Assembly (NCBI GenBank): GCA_030704615.1
Contig: CM060734.1
Span: 31,930,001 to 31,994,000 of the forward strand
Origin: Takakia lepidozioides
Lineage: Eukaryota > Plantae > Bryophyta
DNA: 64,000 nucleotides
Reading direction: 5' to 3'
Under the pieces are notes generated by a model. It was not told the origin of the DNA and searched no databases. It was given only the letters and a program-made list of their open reading frames with translations. How positions within the stretch are numbered: the stretch's first letter is position 1; each line of letters begins with the position of its first letter. Below, in pieces: positions 1 through 13,860 of this stretch. A program made the position numbers and the translations under genes.

Positions 1-3000
1 GTCAACAAATTCCTCTGCACTTAAAGTACCAGAATTGTCTTTGTCGGCCAACTTGAATAAGAAAGTCACATCTTCCACAATTCGTCGTTGCTCGATGGAG
101 GCGCAGTCTCCAATACCAAAAGTACCTTCACAATTTTTGACACGGAGCCATTCGTCCGTCGCCAACACTCTCCGGTCGGTTTGTCCGATTTGTGACATAA
201 AATCAGCCACCACTGGACGAGTGCCAATACCTATACCAATAAATGCACAAAATCAATGGTGGATATGCGTAGTGTTAACTAATCTAAAATCTGCAATAAA
301 TATGTTTATTAGAATAAATTCAATTTTTATTTGCAATTCTAGAGTAGATTGTCATCCTCTAAACAATGAAGCGAAAGTAGAGAAACTACTCATTTAGATT
401 TTAGATAATGAGATGACAACATTTATAAATTGATATATGAAGAGGTCAAATGGAGGGTATAAATAAATATCGATATAAATTATTTAATAAGATTACTTGA
501 AAGTCAACGAGCTAGCACTTGCAAGGAGTTTGTTTCATCTATTTTGCAAGGTCCCGTTAGACAATAGTCATCTAAATTATATCAAAATTAAAAGACTAAT
601 AAATATATAAATACTTTATTTTATTTAGAATAAAGTATCAAGGATCATTCCTATGTCAAGGAGGTTTTGATTACATTTGTTTCATCCATCGGAGAAGTTT
701 TTACTCAAGTATCTTCAGAGATTTTCCAAAGAAACAAAACAAAGAAGAAACTATAAAGCACATGAATACAATCTGAATAAGTATACGGTATTGTTGGTAT
801 TGTCAGGTTTGTAGATATAATATTAGAATATTCAAAACAAGAAAGTTTGTTCATCATCTCCATCTTGGGTTATACTTTACATCATAATTTGATATTCTTA
901 TTTTAATTTATAAATTAGCTGTTATAACATACTCAATACATTAAATAGATCATTTTATAGGATTATTCGTCAAATTTTGTAAAAACAAATCTTAAACATT
1001 GTGGAATAAGCTCCCAATGTTGAATTGAAGAACATATGATGGGAGACCTAATTATCTTTTATATTCAACTGATTCTAAGTTTCATACCAGTTATAATACG
1101 TGAAATGCACTGTTCACAACATCACTGGATGGACATATTACCAGTAGACCAGACAATCATGCCATATGGTACATTCATAAGTTGGCCTGTCGACTTGACC
1201 TTGAAAGAAATATCACCCTCATTCACTCCAAGCACCCGACATCCTGTCTTGACATCTATGCCCTCTCTTGTGAATTTCTGTTCTGCATATTTGCTGATTC
1301 GTTCATCATACGTATTGAGAATATGGTCGCCTGATTGCACAAGTGTGATCTTTACGTCGTTGTGTAAATGCGGATAGAGGTTTAAGAGATCTTCATGGAT
1401 TAGATCATGGAGCTCGGCTGCAAACTCGACACCCGTGGGACCTCCTCCCACCACCACAAAGCTAAGCAATTTTTGCCTGACATAAATCACGTGGATTAGG
1501 TCATCAGTCAATAAATTATAAGAAAGACATTGAAAATAAGACAAATCAAGATTCATTTGCAATGTTAATAATTCAATAAATAAAATTGATGGGATCAAAA
1601 GATTTTCAAGCATAATTAAATGTCGATATTTTATATGTCCAAACTTTTCGAATATTGATTGATTGACACTTAATTTAAAGTGATAGATTTCAGTATTGAT
1701 TCTAATAAATAATCTTGAGTCTAATCAATAATGTGAATGGGACTGAGGGTCATTGTTTCTTATGAATAGCTCATTACGCACACTTATGGGATGCAATGAA
1801 CAATGAGACCTCACATAGTATGTTTATCCAAAACTTGTGTGTTCTTTGGAAGTTGAAATATGGTAGGATGAATGCAAGAGGTGACAAATACAAATTTATT
1901 GATTGATAGATTAAAAAAACACATCAATCCAACAATCAATAAGTTTAAATGAAATGATTGAAGTAACCGAGTGATTGATTGATTGAATTGGGAGACCAAA
2001 TTATGTAAGATTAACAAAATATAAAACATAAAATAATATTATAAATATTCAAAAAATCCATTTAGATCGATCGATAAATAATAATAATAATAAATATGAT
2101 GATCAATTGGTTTTGGTTGTTGATTAAAGCAACCGATTGATTGATTGATTGATAATAATCAATCTTTGAATCGAATCAAGAAAATTGAGGATTATGGATT
2201 AGCATGATGAAAAATCAGGTTTGCTATGTTCATTGGAGGCATATTTGTGTTTATTGATTATTTTTTTTTTGTTCTTACCCCCTTCTTTCTGTCTTATTCT
2301 ATTATATGTATATATTTGAGGATTGCACTCAACAACGAACACATATTATTTTTAGGAGAACCAATTATATAGGCCCCCTTCCGAAATGAGGGTAGTAGTC
2401 AAAAGGTGAAGTGTCTCTTTAAATTATGCTAGCTTTGGCCAAAAATTTCTCTCTCTTAAAACATATGCATGATATAAAGAATACACAATTGTCAATGCAA
2501 AATACCAAGCAAAGGTCAAGTAAGAATTTAACCTATCTTCGATTGACAAATGAGGGAGACTCCCACTCTCGAAACAATTCACAATACTCTCCCTTATTTT
2601 CTCGGCATCACCCACCTCCTTGAGAAAATGACAATATTCTTTCACACCTTTGGTGCCAAAGGTATTGGACGTGGCCCCCACTGCAATGACTAAGTAGTCA
2701 TAGTCAAGAGAAAACTCCTCTTTCCCCTTACATTTCACCTCCGATACATCAGTGCAAATAACCTTTTTGTTCTTTGCATCAATTTTTGTGCATTCTGCTT
2801 CGTGGAATGTCACATTCTTCCCCTGACTTCGAATAATTCTTCGGATAGGCTCGATGATACTTCGACCCTCCACACTTCCAGATGTAACGCTAGGGAGTAA
2901 AGGTGTGAAAACAAAGTAGTTTCGAGGGGCTACCACACGTACATCATATAATGTAGAATCCAAATTCTTCAAAAAACTCATACCTCCCCATCCAGTCCCA

Positions 3001-3398
3001 AGAATGATAACTCTTTTCTTTGCAGAATTGCCTGAAGGGACACTCGCAATACCACGTTTCTTTTCCTCATGTCCTGCATCTGCAACCACGACAAAAAGGC
3101 CGGCTCCAAGGCACCCAGTTGCAGCAAACCCTATAATTAGAGGTAAGTGAGGGATATCTGTGAACTTCTCTTTTCCAAATAACCAAACCCTAGATAATAA
3201 TCGTTCATATGTCTGATATGACGTTGAGGAGGATGATTCCCGGTTGCTATGAGAGCTATGGCTACGTACAAAAACATGTTTTCTTAATGTGTGGCAATGG
3301 TGACTCTTGGGCCCCACTAGCGAGCGATATGGATATGAGATAGGTTTTTGAAAGCACGCCCTTGTCACTGCCCAACATAGTCTGTGATTAGGGGACAT
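1..3398 (-). CDS. NDB: External alternative (type II) NAD(P)H:ubiquinone oxidoreductase, NDB type with EF-hand; exons 3398-2533, 1476-1142, 230-<1 (3' end outside window)
   Basis: Two Rossmann motifs (ILGTGWGG; VVVGGGPTGVEFAAEL) and the motif FVFTPLLPSVT. GT-AG junctions are in phase. I translated exon 3 manually as GIGTRPVVADFMSQIGQTDRRVLATDEWLRV...ADKDNSGTLSAEEF (EF-hand loop). The start ATG at 3398 is tentative. Confidence 0.93.
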
Positions 3399-4879
3399 TG
3401 TGATGTTGTTGAACAATTACTCGCATGGCTATGCAATCTCTTATGTAGAGATGCTGATCATGTACAATCTATGCAATTGAAAAATGTTGAATCTTAGTTC
3501 TTTGTATGGTATTTAATTATACGTATTTGTATTACCCTAAAAGATGCACACACAAAGAGCGGAAGAAAGAATGAGCCAAAGATGAAAAAAGTGTAGGAGA
3601 GAAAAAAAGTGTGGCATCCATTAATTACAGAAACATTAAGAGTTATTTTGTGTGATACAATCAGTTTGTAACTATACAGATAAATGTGATGGAGAAGTTT
3701 GTGGAAATGTGAAAAGAAGAGAAGGGAAAATATGAGATATATAGAGTTATAAAATGAGTTGGTGTGAAACGAGAGAGACAATAGACTTTAGAAAAGAAAC
3801 CTTTGATGAATTTTGCCACTTAGTTTTGCCATGTTTGTTCTCCCCACTTTTTTGCAATAATGAATTGATAATTTAATATCATGTCTTATTTAGGATATTT
3901 TTAAGAAATGTTGGAATATGGTTGTATGATTTAAACTTACCATCCAAGCCTATGGAAGTTATGTGGGCATTTCATGTTTACTCGTAGGCGGAAAAAAATT
4001 GCAATTTCTCGCTCCAACAAAGATTAATGTTTTTAAAAATCAAACTATTAAACATTAAATATGGAGCTTTATTTATTTCAGAATTATTGACACTTCCAGT
4101 TGTACACATTCATCTACTAATAATATAACTACACATTAAGTCATCCCTCCCCGTAAGAGACCAAATTTTTGGTTTAGATATAATGGGCGTCTGAGTTACA
4201 TATAGTATCTGTTTGGTATGTTGGGCGTGTCTGCGGTCAATTTGTGTGGGTGGTGGTGGTTGCGATGATACACAGAATCGGACATAGTTGCTGCGGGCAA
4301 GCAGTAGCAGTGGGGGGTTGGAAACAACATTTCACTTTGGTGTTTGGGGGTTTGGGCTTTGGGATCATGATTGACTGTTCGGGGAATGAGTATTGGGGAT
4401 GGTTTTCTTGCTGCTTTGGGCGAGGAGTAAGGGAGGGGGAGGACAGAGGGGTAGACAACAAATTCGACCCCGATCAGTTTCAAAACAATGAGAGGTGAGA
4501 GAAAGAAACTCCTTGGCGGTAGTTCGTAATTGGAATTGATAAGGCCACATTCTGTTGCAAGTTGAAACAAGGGCCGAATGCATGCCTCCCTGTGAAGGGT
4601 GAAGATGGGTAGGAGAGGGGGAGGGGGGGAGGAGTTGGCCATTCCCATCCCGGAAATGACTACCTGCTCTAGAACATGTACGTTAATTGGCGTCAAGACA
4701 TTGATCACATATTAGGCTTCATCCCGGCGTGGTATCAAATCAATATATGAAGCGAGACGTTTGTTTTGTTTTGTTTTGTTTTGTAGCGTCGTTGAGATCT
4801 CCCAAACCGCGGGCCCCAGCGCGGGTGCTTGGTGTCGTTGGAAAGCCCTCGGTGAGGAGGGGTGCACCGGCTTGGTGTC

Positions 4880-5965
4880 ATGATTTTTGGACCAGCGGTG
4901 TGGGAGATCTGGAATTTCAAGTGCTTTGGGTCGTTGGAAATTCGAGAAAAATAGCAAAGTGGGCTTTCTTGGAACAATGATTGGCCCTTCATGTGGGAGA
5001 TTTGGAATTTTAAGTACTTTTGGTCGCTGGAAATTTGCAAAAAATACGAAAGTGGGGTTTAATGTTTAATCCTGGCACAATGATCGGAGCCTTGGCAGGA
5101 GAGATATCAAGGAAAAGGTCTCCGGTTCAAATCAGGTCGTAGATTCCGTGGAAAAAAAATGATTAGACTTGGATGACTTAGATGACATTGGACACTTGGG
5201 TGGGAGATTTAGAAATTCAAATACTTTTGGTCGCTGGAAATTCGCAAAAAATAGCAAAGTGGATATATCAATATATGAAGCCTCGACAGGGGAGATTGCA
5301 AAATGACATAGAGATCTCCCAAGCTGTAGGTCTTTGGATATCATTGGGGATTGCAATGGACACTCGAGGTCACACTTGGGCCTCTACATGGGAGATGCAC
5401 TTGGATACATGAATAGAAGATTGCACTTGGGCTTAGATTTCAATTTTTCACACATGGGCCAACGGCATAGGCTACACTAGAGGTCGCACTTGGGCCTCAA
5501 CATAAGAGACGCACTGGGATATATAAATTTGCACTTGGTCTTAAATGACAGTGGACACTTGGGCATCTACATGGGAGATGCACTTGGATATATAAAATAT
5601 TGCACACTGGGCTTAGATGGGCCTCGACATAGGAGACGCACATGGGATATGTCATTGGATACATAGGAGATTGCACTTGGGCTTAAATGACAGTGGACAC
5701 TTGGGCCTCTACACGGGAGATACACTTGGATACATAAAAAATTGCACTTGGGCTTCGATGGGCCTCGACATAAGAGACGCACTAGGATACGTAGGAAATT
5801 GCACTTGGTCTTAGATTTCAATTATTCATACATGGGCCAACGGCACAAACTACCCTAGAGGTCGACTTGGGCCTCGACATAGGAGACACACTTGGATACA
5901 TAGGAGATTGCACATGGACTTTAGATGACATTGGACACTTGGGCCAATGGCACAGGCTACCCTAA
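4880..5965. repeat. Degenerate nested tandem repeat region
   Basis: Three copies of a GGAAATT(C/T)G.(A)AAAATAGCAAAGTGG-like motif at 4880-5270. Many copies of CACTTGGGC, GGGAGATGCACTTGGATACAT and GGGCCAACGGCA modules at 5340-5960. Confidence 0.7.
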
Positions 5966-7516
5966 TATATATGAAGTGAGAGAAAGTCGCTCAGATGTAC
6001 AACGTATGGAGCAACACACCCTCATGCAGTATCAGCATCCATGTTTATCTACACAGCCAGCTTCTTCGTGCAGGGTTGTGCTCACTCTCTACTGTCCAGA
6101 TCACAGCGCTCACAAAAGGGCAACCTATCACTTGGACAACAGCTATGAAGGCTATTCACAATTTGGCAACCCCCTGGCGGCCCAGCCCGAAGCCACGGGG
6201 GGGTCACTATATGTATTTTTTCCATATCTCGTGCGTACAAAGATATATTTATATTAGGCTATATTTTTAAAAATTTGCATTTTTTTTCCTCCCTATCTTT
6301 AGGTAATATTATAAAACCCTTTGTTTTCTAACACCCTATTTTTCTTTATAATTTTCTTTTGTAATAATTAATTAGACCCTATTTTAAAATTATCATTTTA
6401 AATAATTACAAAATTTCAAAGCATGTACACAAACAGGTACATTCCATATATCACTTGGATCTAAATAATACAAGTTTTGAGATGGTTCAAATGCCATAGT
6501 CACTGTTGAGATTATGGTATCAACATCAATCCGTTGTGTATCATATTTGAACTTCAGGTGACCTCTACCTGATTTCATTCTGATGGATTAGAGCTGGATG
6601 AAATATGATAAACTTCACAATGATGGATACATTATACTATAGATAAAACCCTTTATTACATTATTTTTTAAAATAAAACTCTGGATTTTTGGTGACCATT
6701 CTTTTAAAAAAACTGGGTTGAAGGATATTGCCCTACCATATTTTTTAAGTAAAACTTCTCTAAAATTTACCTCAAAAAAATAAATCAGACCATATATTTG
6801 TTCTCACGTGGTTTTGAAAATACGGGGAGTGACTCCCCAAGCCCGAAGCTTGTGTCAAGTTCAGAGCACTTTTTGTGCGGATATGATTACAACGCCATAC
6901 AGGAGCTGACATACAGACTCTCCATTGACTCTCTCAATTCGTCAAGGGGCGATTCCTTTCCCAGATACCCCACTCTGAAGGAACTGGAGGCAAATAGGCC
7001 AGCGAAAGTGGCACGATGGGAGCTTGGAAAGCGACCTGCCCATTGTGTTATCCAATGCGAATCATTTTACTGTTAGCCAGACCAACCCACATATTGCACC
7101 ACTCTTGCGATTCACAGAAATTGTGCGTACTTATGGAGAAGATGTCGCTAGCGATATGCTCAAGGAGCTGGCAAACCGCAATGTTGTGAACACTAGTCGG
7201 CATGCTCGACTGAACATGCCCAATCCGGATACTCCTCGCTCATTGCAAGCCCAACACTACAGACCAGATAAACAACAAACCAATATTTTCCTTTTTGCTT
7301 ACCTAGGTAATGCTCAATGTGGCCCCCTGTTCTGGTGAGAGGGAGCTGGAGAGAGCAATACTTTGAATTATTATTGTACCCATTAAAAGATTGGTGATCA
7401 ATCAGTAAAGGAAAATTAAGTCGTGATACGGATTCTGGCAAGATAGTGTAAATCTTGGAGAAATGGTAGAGACCACTATAATTTTTCTTTACTGACATAC
7501 CAAGGCTTATTGAAGG

Positions 7517-9522
7517 GTGCTGAAAAGGAATTCTGTATATGATGTGGGAATGAATGAGGAAATTAAGGAAAAAGCTAAGCAAGACAGAGCTGAAAGAATA
7601 GAGAAATATGCTGCAGAAAGGGAAGCTCGGTTGATAAAAGAGTTCCCAGAATTACAAAACTTGAATATTATTCAAGGTGAGACATCAAGACAAATTGACA
7701 GTGATAAACCAGAAGATCATGAAATCGGATCTTTGGAAAGTGAGAACACTACACCAGAAGGAGTTGCAAGTAATGCACTTGGCGAATGGTTACCACAAGA
7801 AAGATCTGAAGGACCTTCTACAGTAACAAGTCCAAATCGAGGTTTTGCTGAAATATTGGAAAAAAGATTTGAGAATATTCTGAGTGAAGAAGTGGAAAAA
7901 AATGAAACTACTTCTCCAGAAAGAATAACCAGGACTGCACTCAAAAATTTTAAAGATTCATTAAGCTTAGTAGGGACAGCAACTGAAAGACGGCTATCAT
8001 TGGGACAAGGACCTCCTAGCTTTGAATCATTGTTTGGAAGACAAACACTAACAACACCACTAACCTTGACAATCCCAACACCACCACAGCCAGCAGCAGC
8101 AGGACCATTCAAGTTTGGACAACCAGTTGCACCAGCAGCACCAATGGCTTTAGCAGCAAGTAAAACCAGACCGCCGTTTCCTTTATATGATGGGAAATCT
8201 GATCCGGATATCCATCTTAATCAATTTGAGAACATGTGCACCATTTACAATGAAGCAACATACCAGGAAAAGATCTGATTATTTCCTTGTTCAATGGCCA
8301 GAAAATGCATTGAATGGTTGGCAACCTTTCCAGCCAATCACTTTGCAAATTGGGCGGATATAAGAGCCGCATTTCAAGAACGATATACATCCAACAAATC
8401 CACGTCTGGAATCTTCACAGGATTACAAAACCTGAGACAGAAAAAGAAAGAATTGGTAGTCGACTACCTGGAGAGAATGAAGACTCTGATCAGGAAGCTA
8501 CCTCAAGCACCAGGTGATGACTTGCAAAAATCATGGTTCATCAACGGACTTCGTCCTGAATATGTAACCATGGTTACAGTCATGCCTAACAACACTTTGG
8601 CTGAAGCAGTAGGAACTGCAAAGAAATTGGAATTGGGATTTCATCAGAGCAGAAGTAAAGATTCCAAGGATCCCTTGGAAGAAGAAGACTCTGATGATGA
8701 AGAAAAGCCCAAGGAAAAGAAGAAAGAAATGATTGACAAAACCACTTTGGATCAGAAGATAGCAGAGGCTATCAAGAATTTTAAAGACGAAGGGTCACGA
8801 AAGGCAACATGGTGTCACAAATGCAGGACTGCAGGACACTTGGCAACAGAATGCTACATGAAAGACAAATACTGTGATATTTGTCATATGAACAATCATA
8901 ATACCAGCCATTGTATTTACAATCAATGGGCCAAGAAGAGTGGGTACACACGAGAGGTGGGGGTACACCAAGTCCAAATCCGACGGGGAGGATCGGATGG
9001 ACCAAGACGATACAATATGGGTAATCATTATCAGAGGCCACGAGATGACTATCCACCACGGGATAGAGAACATCAACCAAGAAACAAAGAAATCACGAGA
9101 TGTCACTATTGCGAGAAAGAGGGACACTGGAAACATGAATGTCAGTTGCGAATCAAGCATGAGGCAGAAGTGGGAAATATGGAAGCCGGACCGAGTATAG
9201 CCGTGAGTGTGGTAACTCTTGTAGTGGATACCCTTGCAGTAACCCGAACTCAGGACAAGAAACAGAAACCTCCAGATAAGGAGATTGAAGAAGAACGAAA
9301 GAGCCAACTCCAGATAATCAAATCAGACCAACGATGAAGACCACGAATGCAACCACGGAAACAGAATTGGCTGAAGTAATCTACCAGACCAAGACCCAAA
9401 TTACCATTGGACAATTATTAAACTGCAAGAAAATGTTGGAACCTATTGGGCAATTAGTGGTCAAACGGTCAATTGGAAGCCGCAGCAGCAGCGACACAAT
9501 TGATAAAATCAAGCACTGCTAA
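7517..9522 (+). mobile_element. LTR-retrotransposon gag relic (retrotransposon gag domain plus three CCHC zinc knuckles), disrupted
   Basis: ORFs 7517-8278 and 8294-9337 are in the same frame, separated by one TGA. Gag-like YDGKSDPDIHLNQFE and LRQKKKELVVDYLER; knuckles CHKCRTAGHLATEC, CDICHMNNHNTSHC, CHYCEKEGHWKHEC. No pol or LTRs recognised. Confidence 0.8.
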
Positions 9523-9714
9523 TGAAGGCACCTTCTGAAACACATTTCACCCTATTTTCCCCTCTTATCAGAATCGGCCCTAAATTTTCATGTTCAATTC
9601 TGCAAGTTAGCTGGTTGATTGAATCTAGTTAGAGTGACTTTGACATGATACTGCCAATGTGACAAGAGTATGCATTGAACCCATTGGTAGCGAGATATTG
9701 GGATATCTCTTGGC

Positions 9715-10530
9715 CATGTGCCATCGTCAAAGCTGAAATTGTACTAGTTGTCATTCCGACCACTGCCCTAGTGGACATGTATGCCAAAAGTGGGTGCAGC
9801 AAGCCTGATGCAAAGGGAGAGTTCGACAACATGGCTAAATGAGATGTGGTGTTGTGGACTGCCATGATTGTAAGGTGTGTGTAGCATAGGTGTGGGAGTA
9901 AGGCTTTGGAAACCTAAGAACAAATGATGTGGGAAAGGATGAAGCCAAACCAGGTCATGTTCATTTGTGTTTGTTAATATGCATATGCGAGCCTAGCAGC
10001 CCTGGGAAGGGGCCAAGAGGTTCATGGTGACATCATCAAAGCTGGAATTGTACCTGATGTCATTCTGAACATTCCCCTGGTGTACATGTATGTCAAATGC
10101 AAGCCTGGTAGCCCTGGAAAGGATGCAAAGGTCCATTATCAAATCTGGAATTGTACCACTAGATGTCACTCCAAACCCTGCCTTGGTGGATATGTATGTC
10201 AAATGCACGCCTGGCAGCCCTGAAAAAGGGTACAGAGGTCCACGGTGATATTGTCAAAGCTGGTATTGTATCTGATGTGATTCTGAACGTTGCCGTAGTG
10301 GACATGTATGCCAAGGTTGCAGGGTGCAACTACAAGGATACATGGCTGTTTTGATAATATGGCTGAATGAGATGTGGTACCAGCCTAGCCCATAATTGCA
10401 CTTAACTAGAGTAGGCAATGAGTGAAGACAGGGTTTGTGATGACATCGTCCAAGCTGGAATTAAACAAATGTTGTTCTGAACTATGCCCTTGTGGACTTG
10501 TATGCCAAATTGGGGTGCATGGAGGATGAT
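9715..10530 (+). pseudogene. Degenerate PLS-class pentatricopeptide repeat (PPR) gene fragment
   Basis: Repeated PPR motifs: (G)QEVHGDIIKAGIVPDVILNIPLVYMYVKC, TALVDMYAKSG, DVVLWTAMI, MKPNQVMFICV, GTEVHGDIVKAGIVSDVILNVAVVDMYAK. Broken by stops and frameshifts. Confidence 0.8.
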
Positions 10531-11154
10531 GATCCCAGGATATGCACAACAGCGGCGCGGGATGGAGGCCCTTTGGAGAGGTCTATGATTGAAGCAGGTT
10601 CAACAAAAACAATATTAGGATCACCAACAAAATGAGAAGAATCAATGTAGAATCAAACGTTCAGTGTCCTTCCAATTCACGACTATAGTTCTCATTCTGC
10701 AATTGAACCGGTTGTAATGGATTGCAACACAAAGCATACGATTCTTACCACATTTCTTCTTTTGAGAACGCTCAACAATCCGAGTAACATTCACCACCGG
10801 TTCAATGGAAGCTTGCGTTCCACAATTCAAATCAAAAGATGGCACATCTGGATATGTTGAGCGCTTAGAAGCGCAAATACCAAGCCCACGACAACTCGGA
10901 TTTCTACCATGGCCTCTCACGACAGAATGCTGCCAATTCACCTGAATAAGCAGCAATTCAATCACAAACAACAAGCAGCAATTCGATAACAGCATAGACA
11001 TGCAACAATTCCATCAACACGTTCAATCACAGCAAGTGGCGGGGTGACGACACATAGAAAGGTAGACAAAGCAGGTCGCAAAAGGTCACCGGCTATACCA
11101 GGTTACAAAGAGGGGGCCGGTCATCTCAATTCCCAAAAAAGCCGGTGATGTCAT

Positions 11155-11309
11155 ATAGCCGGTGAGAAGGAGCTGGCTATGGCCAGTTCCCGGCCTCAAG
11201 GTTACTGACCATAGCCAGCTCCTTCTCATAGCCGGTGAGAAGGATCTGGCTATGGCCAGTTCCCGGCCTCAAGGTTACTGACCATAGCCAGCTCCTTCTC
11301 ACCGGCTAT
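11155..11309. repeat. Tandemly duplicated fold-back (73-bp period; 28-bp perfect outer inverted arms)
   Basis: ATAGCCGGTGAGAAGGAGCTGGCTATGG (11155-11182) is the exact reverse complement of 11282-11309. The unit restarts at 11228. Confidence 0.85.
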
Positions 11310-11744
11310 GTACTGCTTAAGTGGTACCGCCGGGGCGGGTCTTTGGCCCCTATTTTGAGACGGTTGATACTTGATACCCATGAAAACCGTGATCCCTTCC
11401 CAACACTGGTATTTCTTCTTTCCCTATAATTAAGGGGCCTGATTTGTGTGAGTGGTCGCTTGTTTTTTTTTTTTTTAAATTTTTTTAGAAGGGGAAGGAA
11501 CCCTTGAGAGTTTGATTTAAGATTAAAAATATTAAAACCCTTACATGCCTAGTGAGGCCTAGACACACATAGAACCGTGATGGAGACACCAAAGTTCAGT
11601 AACGTTGCTTTGGGTGTTTAATTAAACCATAAAGATATATTCTATTTTTTCTCTCATTTTATAAAATATAGTATTATTTTCCACTGTTATTTTGGTATAT
11701 ATATTGTCGTCTGGTATGTACACATGTAGCATTGGTGTTATGAC

Positions 11745-12679
11745 CAGTGTTGTGCGGGTTCTGCCTTTTTAAGGCAACCGCCGGGTCCGGGTGCGGGTTT
11801 TTTTTCAGAGCCAAGTCTGGGTCCGGATCCGGGTTTTTGAAATTTGGAAAATCCGGGTCTGGGTTCGGGTCCGGGTTTGTCAACGGGTTAGGGTCCGGGT
11901 AGTTGTTGGGAAATATTAGCGGGTTCACGGGTTCGGATCCGGGTCCTAATTTATTGATTAAATAAATTAGAAAATTAAAGATTAATTAGGGATAAATTTA
12001 TTTTTGGCTGGAAAAACTTTAAATCCTAATAATGAATTCTATTTTAAGAGACATTCCTTCAAAATATACCATGAATATGAATATGTATACCATGAATAAG
12101 AATTAAATTAAATTTGAGTTCCATTTTCTATTTTTCAATATCAATTCTTTAAACATGTTAAGAATAGTAATATGCCTCAAGGGTAGATCACTATAGCATG
12201 GATGTGTGGGATCTGGCATAATAATAATATATGACGTCTCCTTTGGGAGGTGTAAATTCTGGTCACATAGGGCACAATTTTGTGACACCACTCCGGGGAT
12301 TGAACCCACAACCGCTTTTGAGGTGGTATGTGGGCATTACCACTGGGCTACAACGTGGTGGGGGCTGGCTGCTGCGGCCTATTGCTGCTCGTCCCCTCCA
12401 CACATATGAGAAAACCTAGCAAATTTAAGGTGGACCCGGTATGCCCCATCTAAATTTAAGACCCGGACCCTGACCCCCTACATTGGCCCACGGGTAGCGG
12501 GTTTAACGGGTTCTGGACCCAGCAGGCGGGTCCGGGTCCGGTTCCGGGTTCATTTTAGAAATGAATCCAGGTTAGGGTCCGGGTTTTTTGGGATAGCACG
12601 GGTCCGGGTGCGGGTCTGGGCAACCCGGATCCTAGCCCGCCGGGTACCCGCCTTCAAAACCCAGACCCGCACAGCACTG
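11745..12679 (+). mobile_element. Non-autonomous hAT-superfamily DNA transposon (MITE-like), copy 1
   Basis: TIR CAGTGTTGTGCGGGT...ACCCGCACAGCACTG; 8-bp TSD GTTATGAC (11737-11744 and 12680-12687); subterminal CGGGT/ACCCG repeats; no transposase. Confidence 0.93.
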
Positions 12680-12930
12680 GTTATGACCCTCTCCGTCTAA
12701 TACCAGTTGATAGGAATACCTGGGTTATGAACAGGTTGTCCCTAATAAACCCAAAAGTAGTACCTTGGTTCTTATTAGAAGAGACTGATGTTCATTTTTT
12801 TCTTGCCTCCTATGTACATAGTACATACTAGTACTCCCCCAGTCCCTAGTGGAGTTTGATGTTACGCATCATAGGTGTGGCGCTTCTTTAATGTTGAGTA
12901 TAGTGGCGTAATTTCTTTAGGGGTAATTTC

Positions 12931-13860
12931 CAGTGTTGTGCGGGTCTTGGTTTTGAAGGCAGGTACCCGGCGGGTTAGGATCCGGGTTGCCCGGACCCGT
13001 GCTATCACAAAAAACCTGGACCCTAACCTGGATTCATTTCTAAAATGAACCCGGAACCGGACCCGGACCCGCCTGCTGGGTCCAGAACCCGTTAAACCCG
13101 CTACCCGTGGGCCAATGTAGGGGGTCAGGGTCCGGGTCTTAAATTTAGATGGGGCATACCGGGTCCACCTTAAATTTGCTAGGTTTTCTCATATGTGTGG
13201 AGGGGACGAGCAGCAATAGGCCGCAGCAGCCAGCCCCCACCACGTTGTAGCCCAGTGGTAATGCCCACATACCACCTCAAAAGCGGTTGTGGGTTCAATC
13301 CCCGGAGTGGTGTCACAAAATTGTGCCCTCCGTGACCATAATTTACACCTCCCAAAGGAGACGTCATATATTATTATTATGCCAGATCCCACACATCCAT
13401 GCTATCGTGATCTACCCTTGAGGCATATTACTATTCTTAACATGTTTAAAGAATTGATATTGAAAAATAGAAAATGGAACTCAAACTTAATTTAATTCTT
13501 ATTCATGGTATACATATTCACATTGATGGTATATTTTGAAGGAATGTCTCTTAAAATAGAATTCATTATTAGGATTTAAAGTTTTTTCCAGCCAAAAATA
13601 AATTTATCCCTAATTAATCTTAATTTTGTAATTTATTTAATCAATAAATTAGGACCCGGATCCGAACCCGTGAACCCGCTAATATTTCCCAACAACTACC
13701 TGGCCCTAACCGAGTCCGTGTTGACAAACCCGGACCCCAACCTGGACCCGGATTTTCCAAATTTCAAAACCCCGGATCCGGACCCGGACTTGGCTCCGAA
13801 AAATAAACCCGCACCCGGACCCAGCGGGTTCCTTAAAAAGGCAGAACCCGCACAACACTG
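12931..13860 (-). mobile_element. Non-autonomous hAT-superfamily DNA transposon, copy 2 (inverted relative to copy 1)
   Basis: Same TIRs; its own 8-bp TSD GTAATTTC (12923-12930 and 13861-13868). Body is the near-identical reverse complement of 11745-12679. Confidence 0.93.
13238..13380 (+). mobile_element. tRNA-derived SINE-like module inside the hAT element (mirror copy about 12218-12360 on minus strand)
   Basis: Box A-like TAGCCCAGTGG and box B-like GGTTCAATCC at tRNA spacing, CACCAC/GTGGTG closing stem, 3' (TTA)n tail. Related free copies at about 14820-14985 and 47050-47201. Confidence 0.6.

Noticed and set aside
8276-8278. Programmed stop-codon readthrough in gag
   Set aside because: The stop is mid-domain in a truncated relic and is more simply a CGA>TGA deamination.
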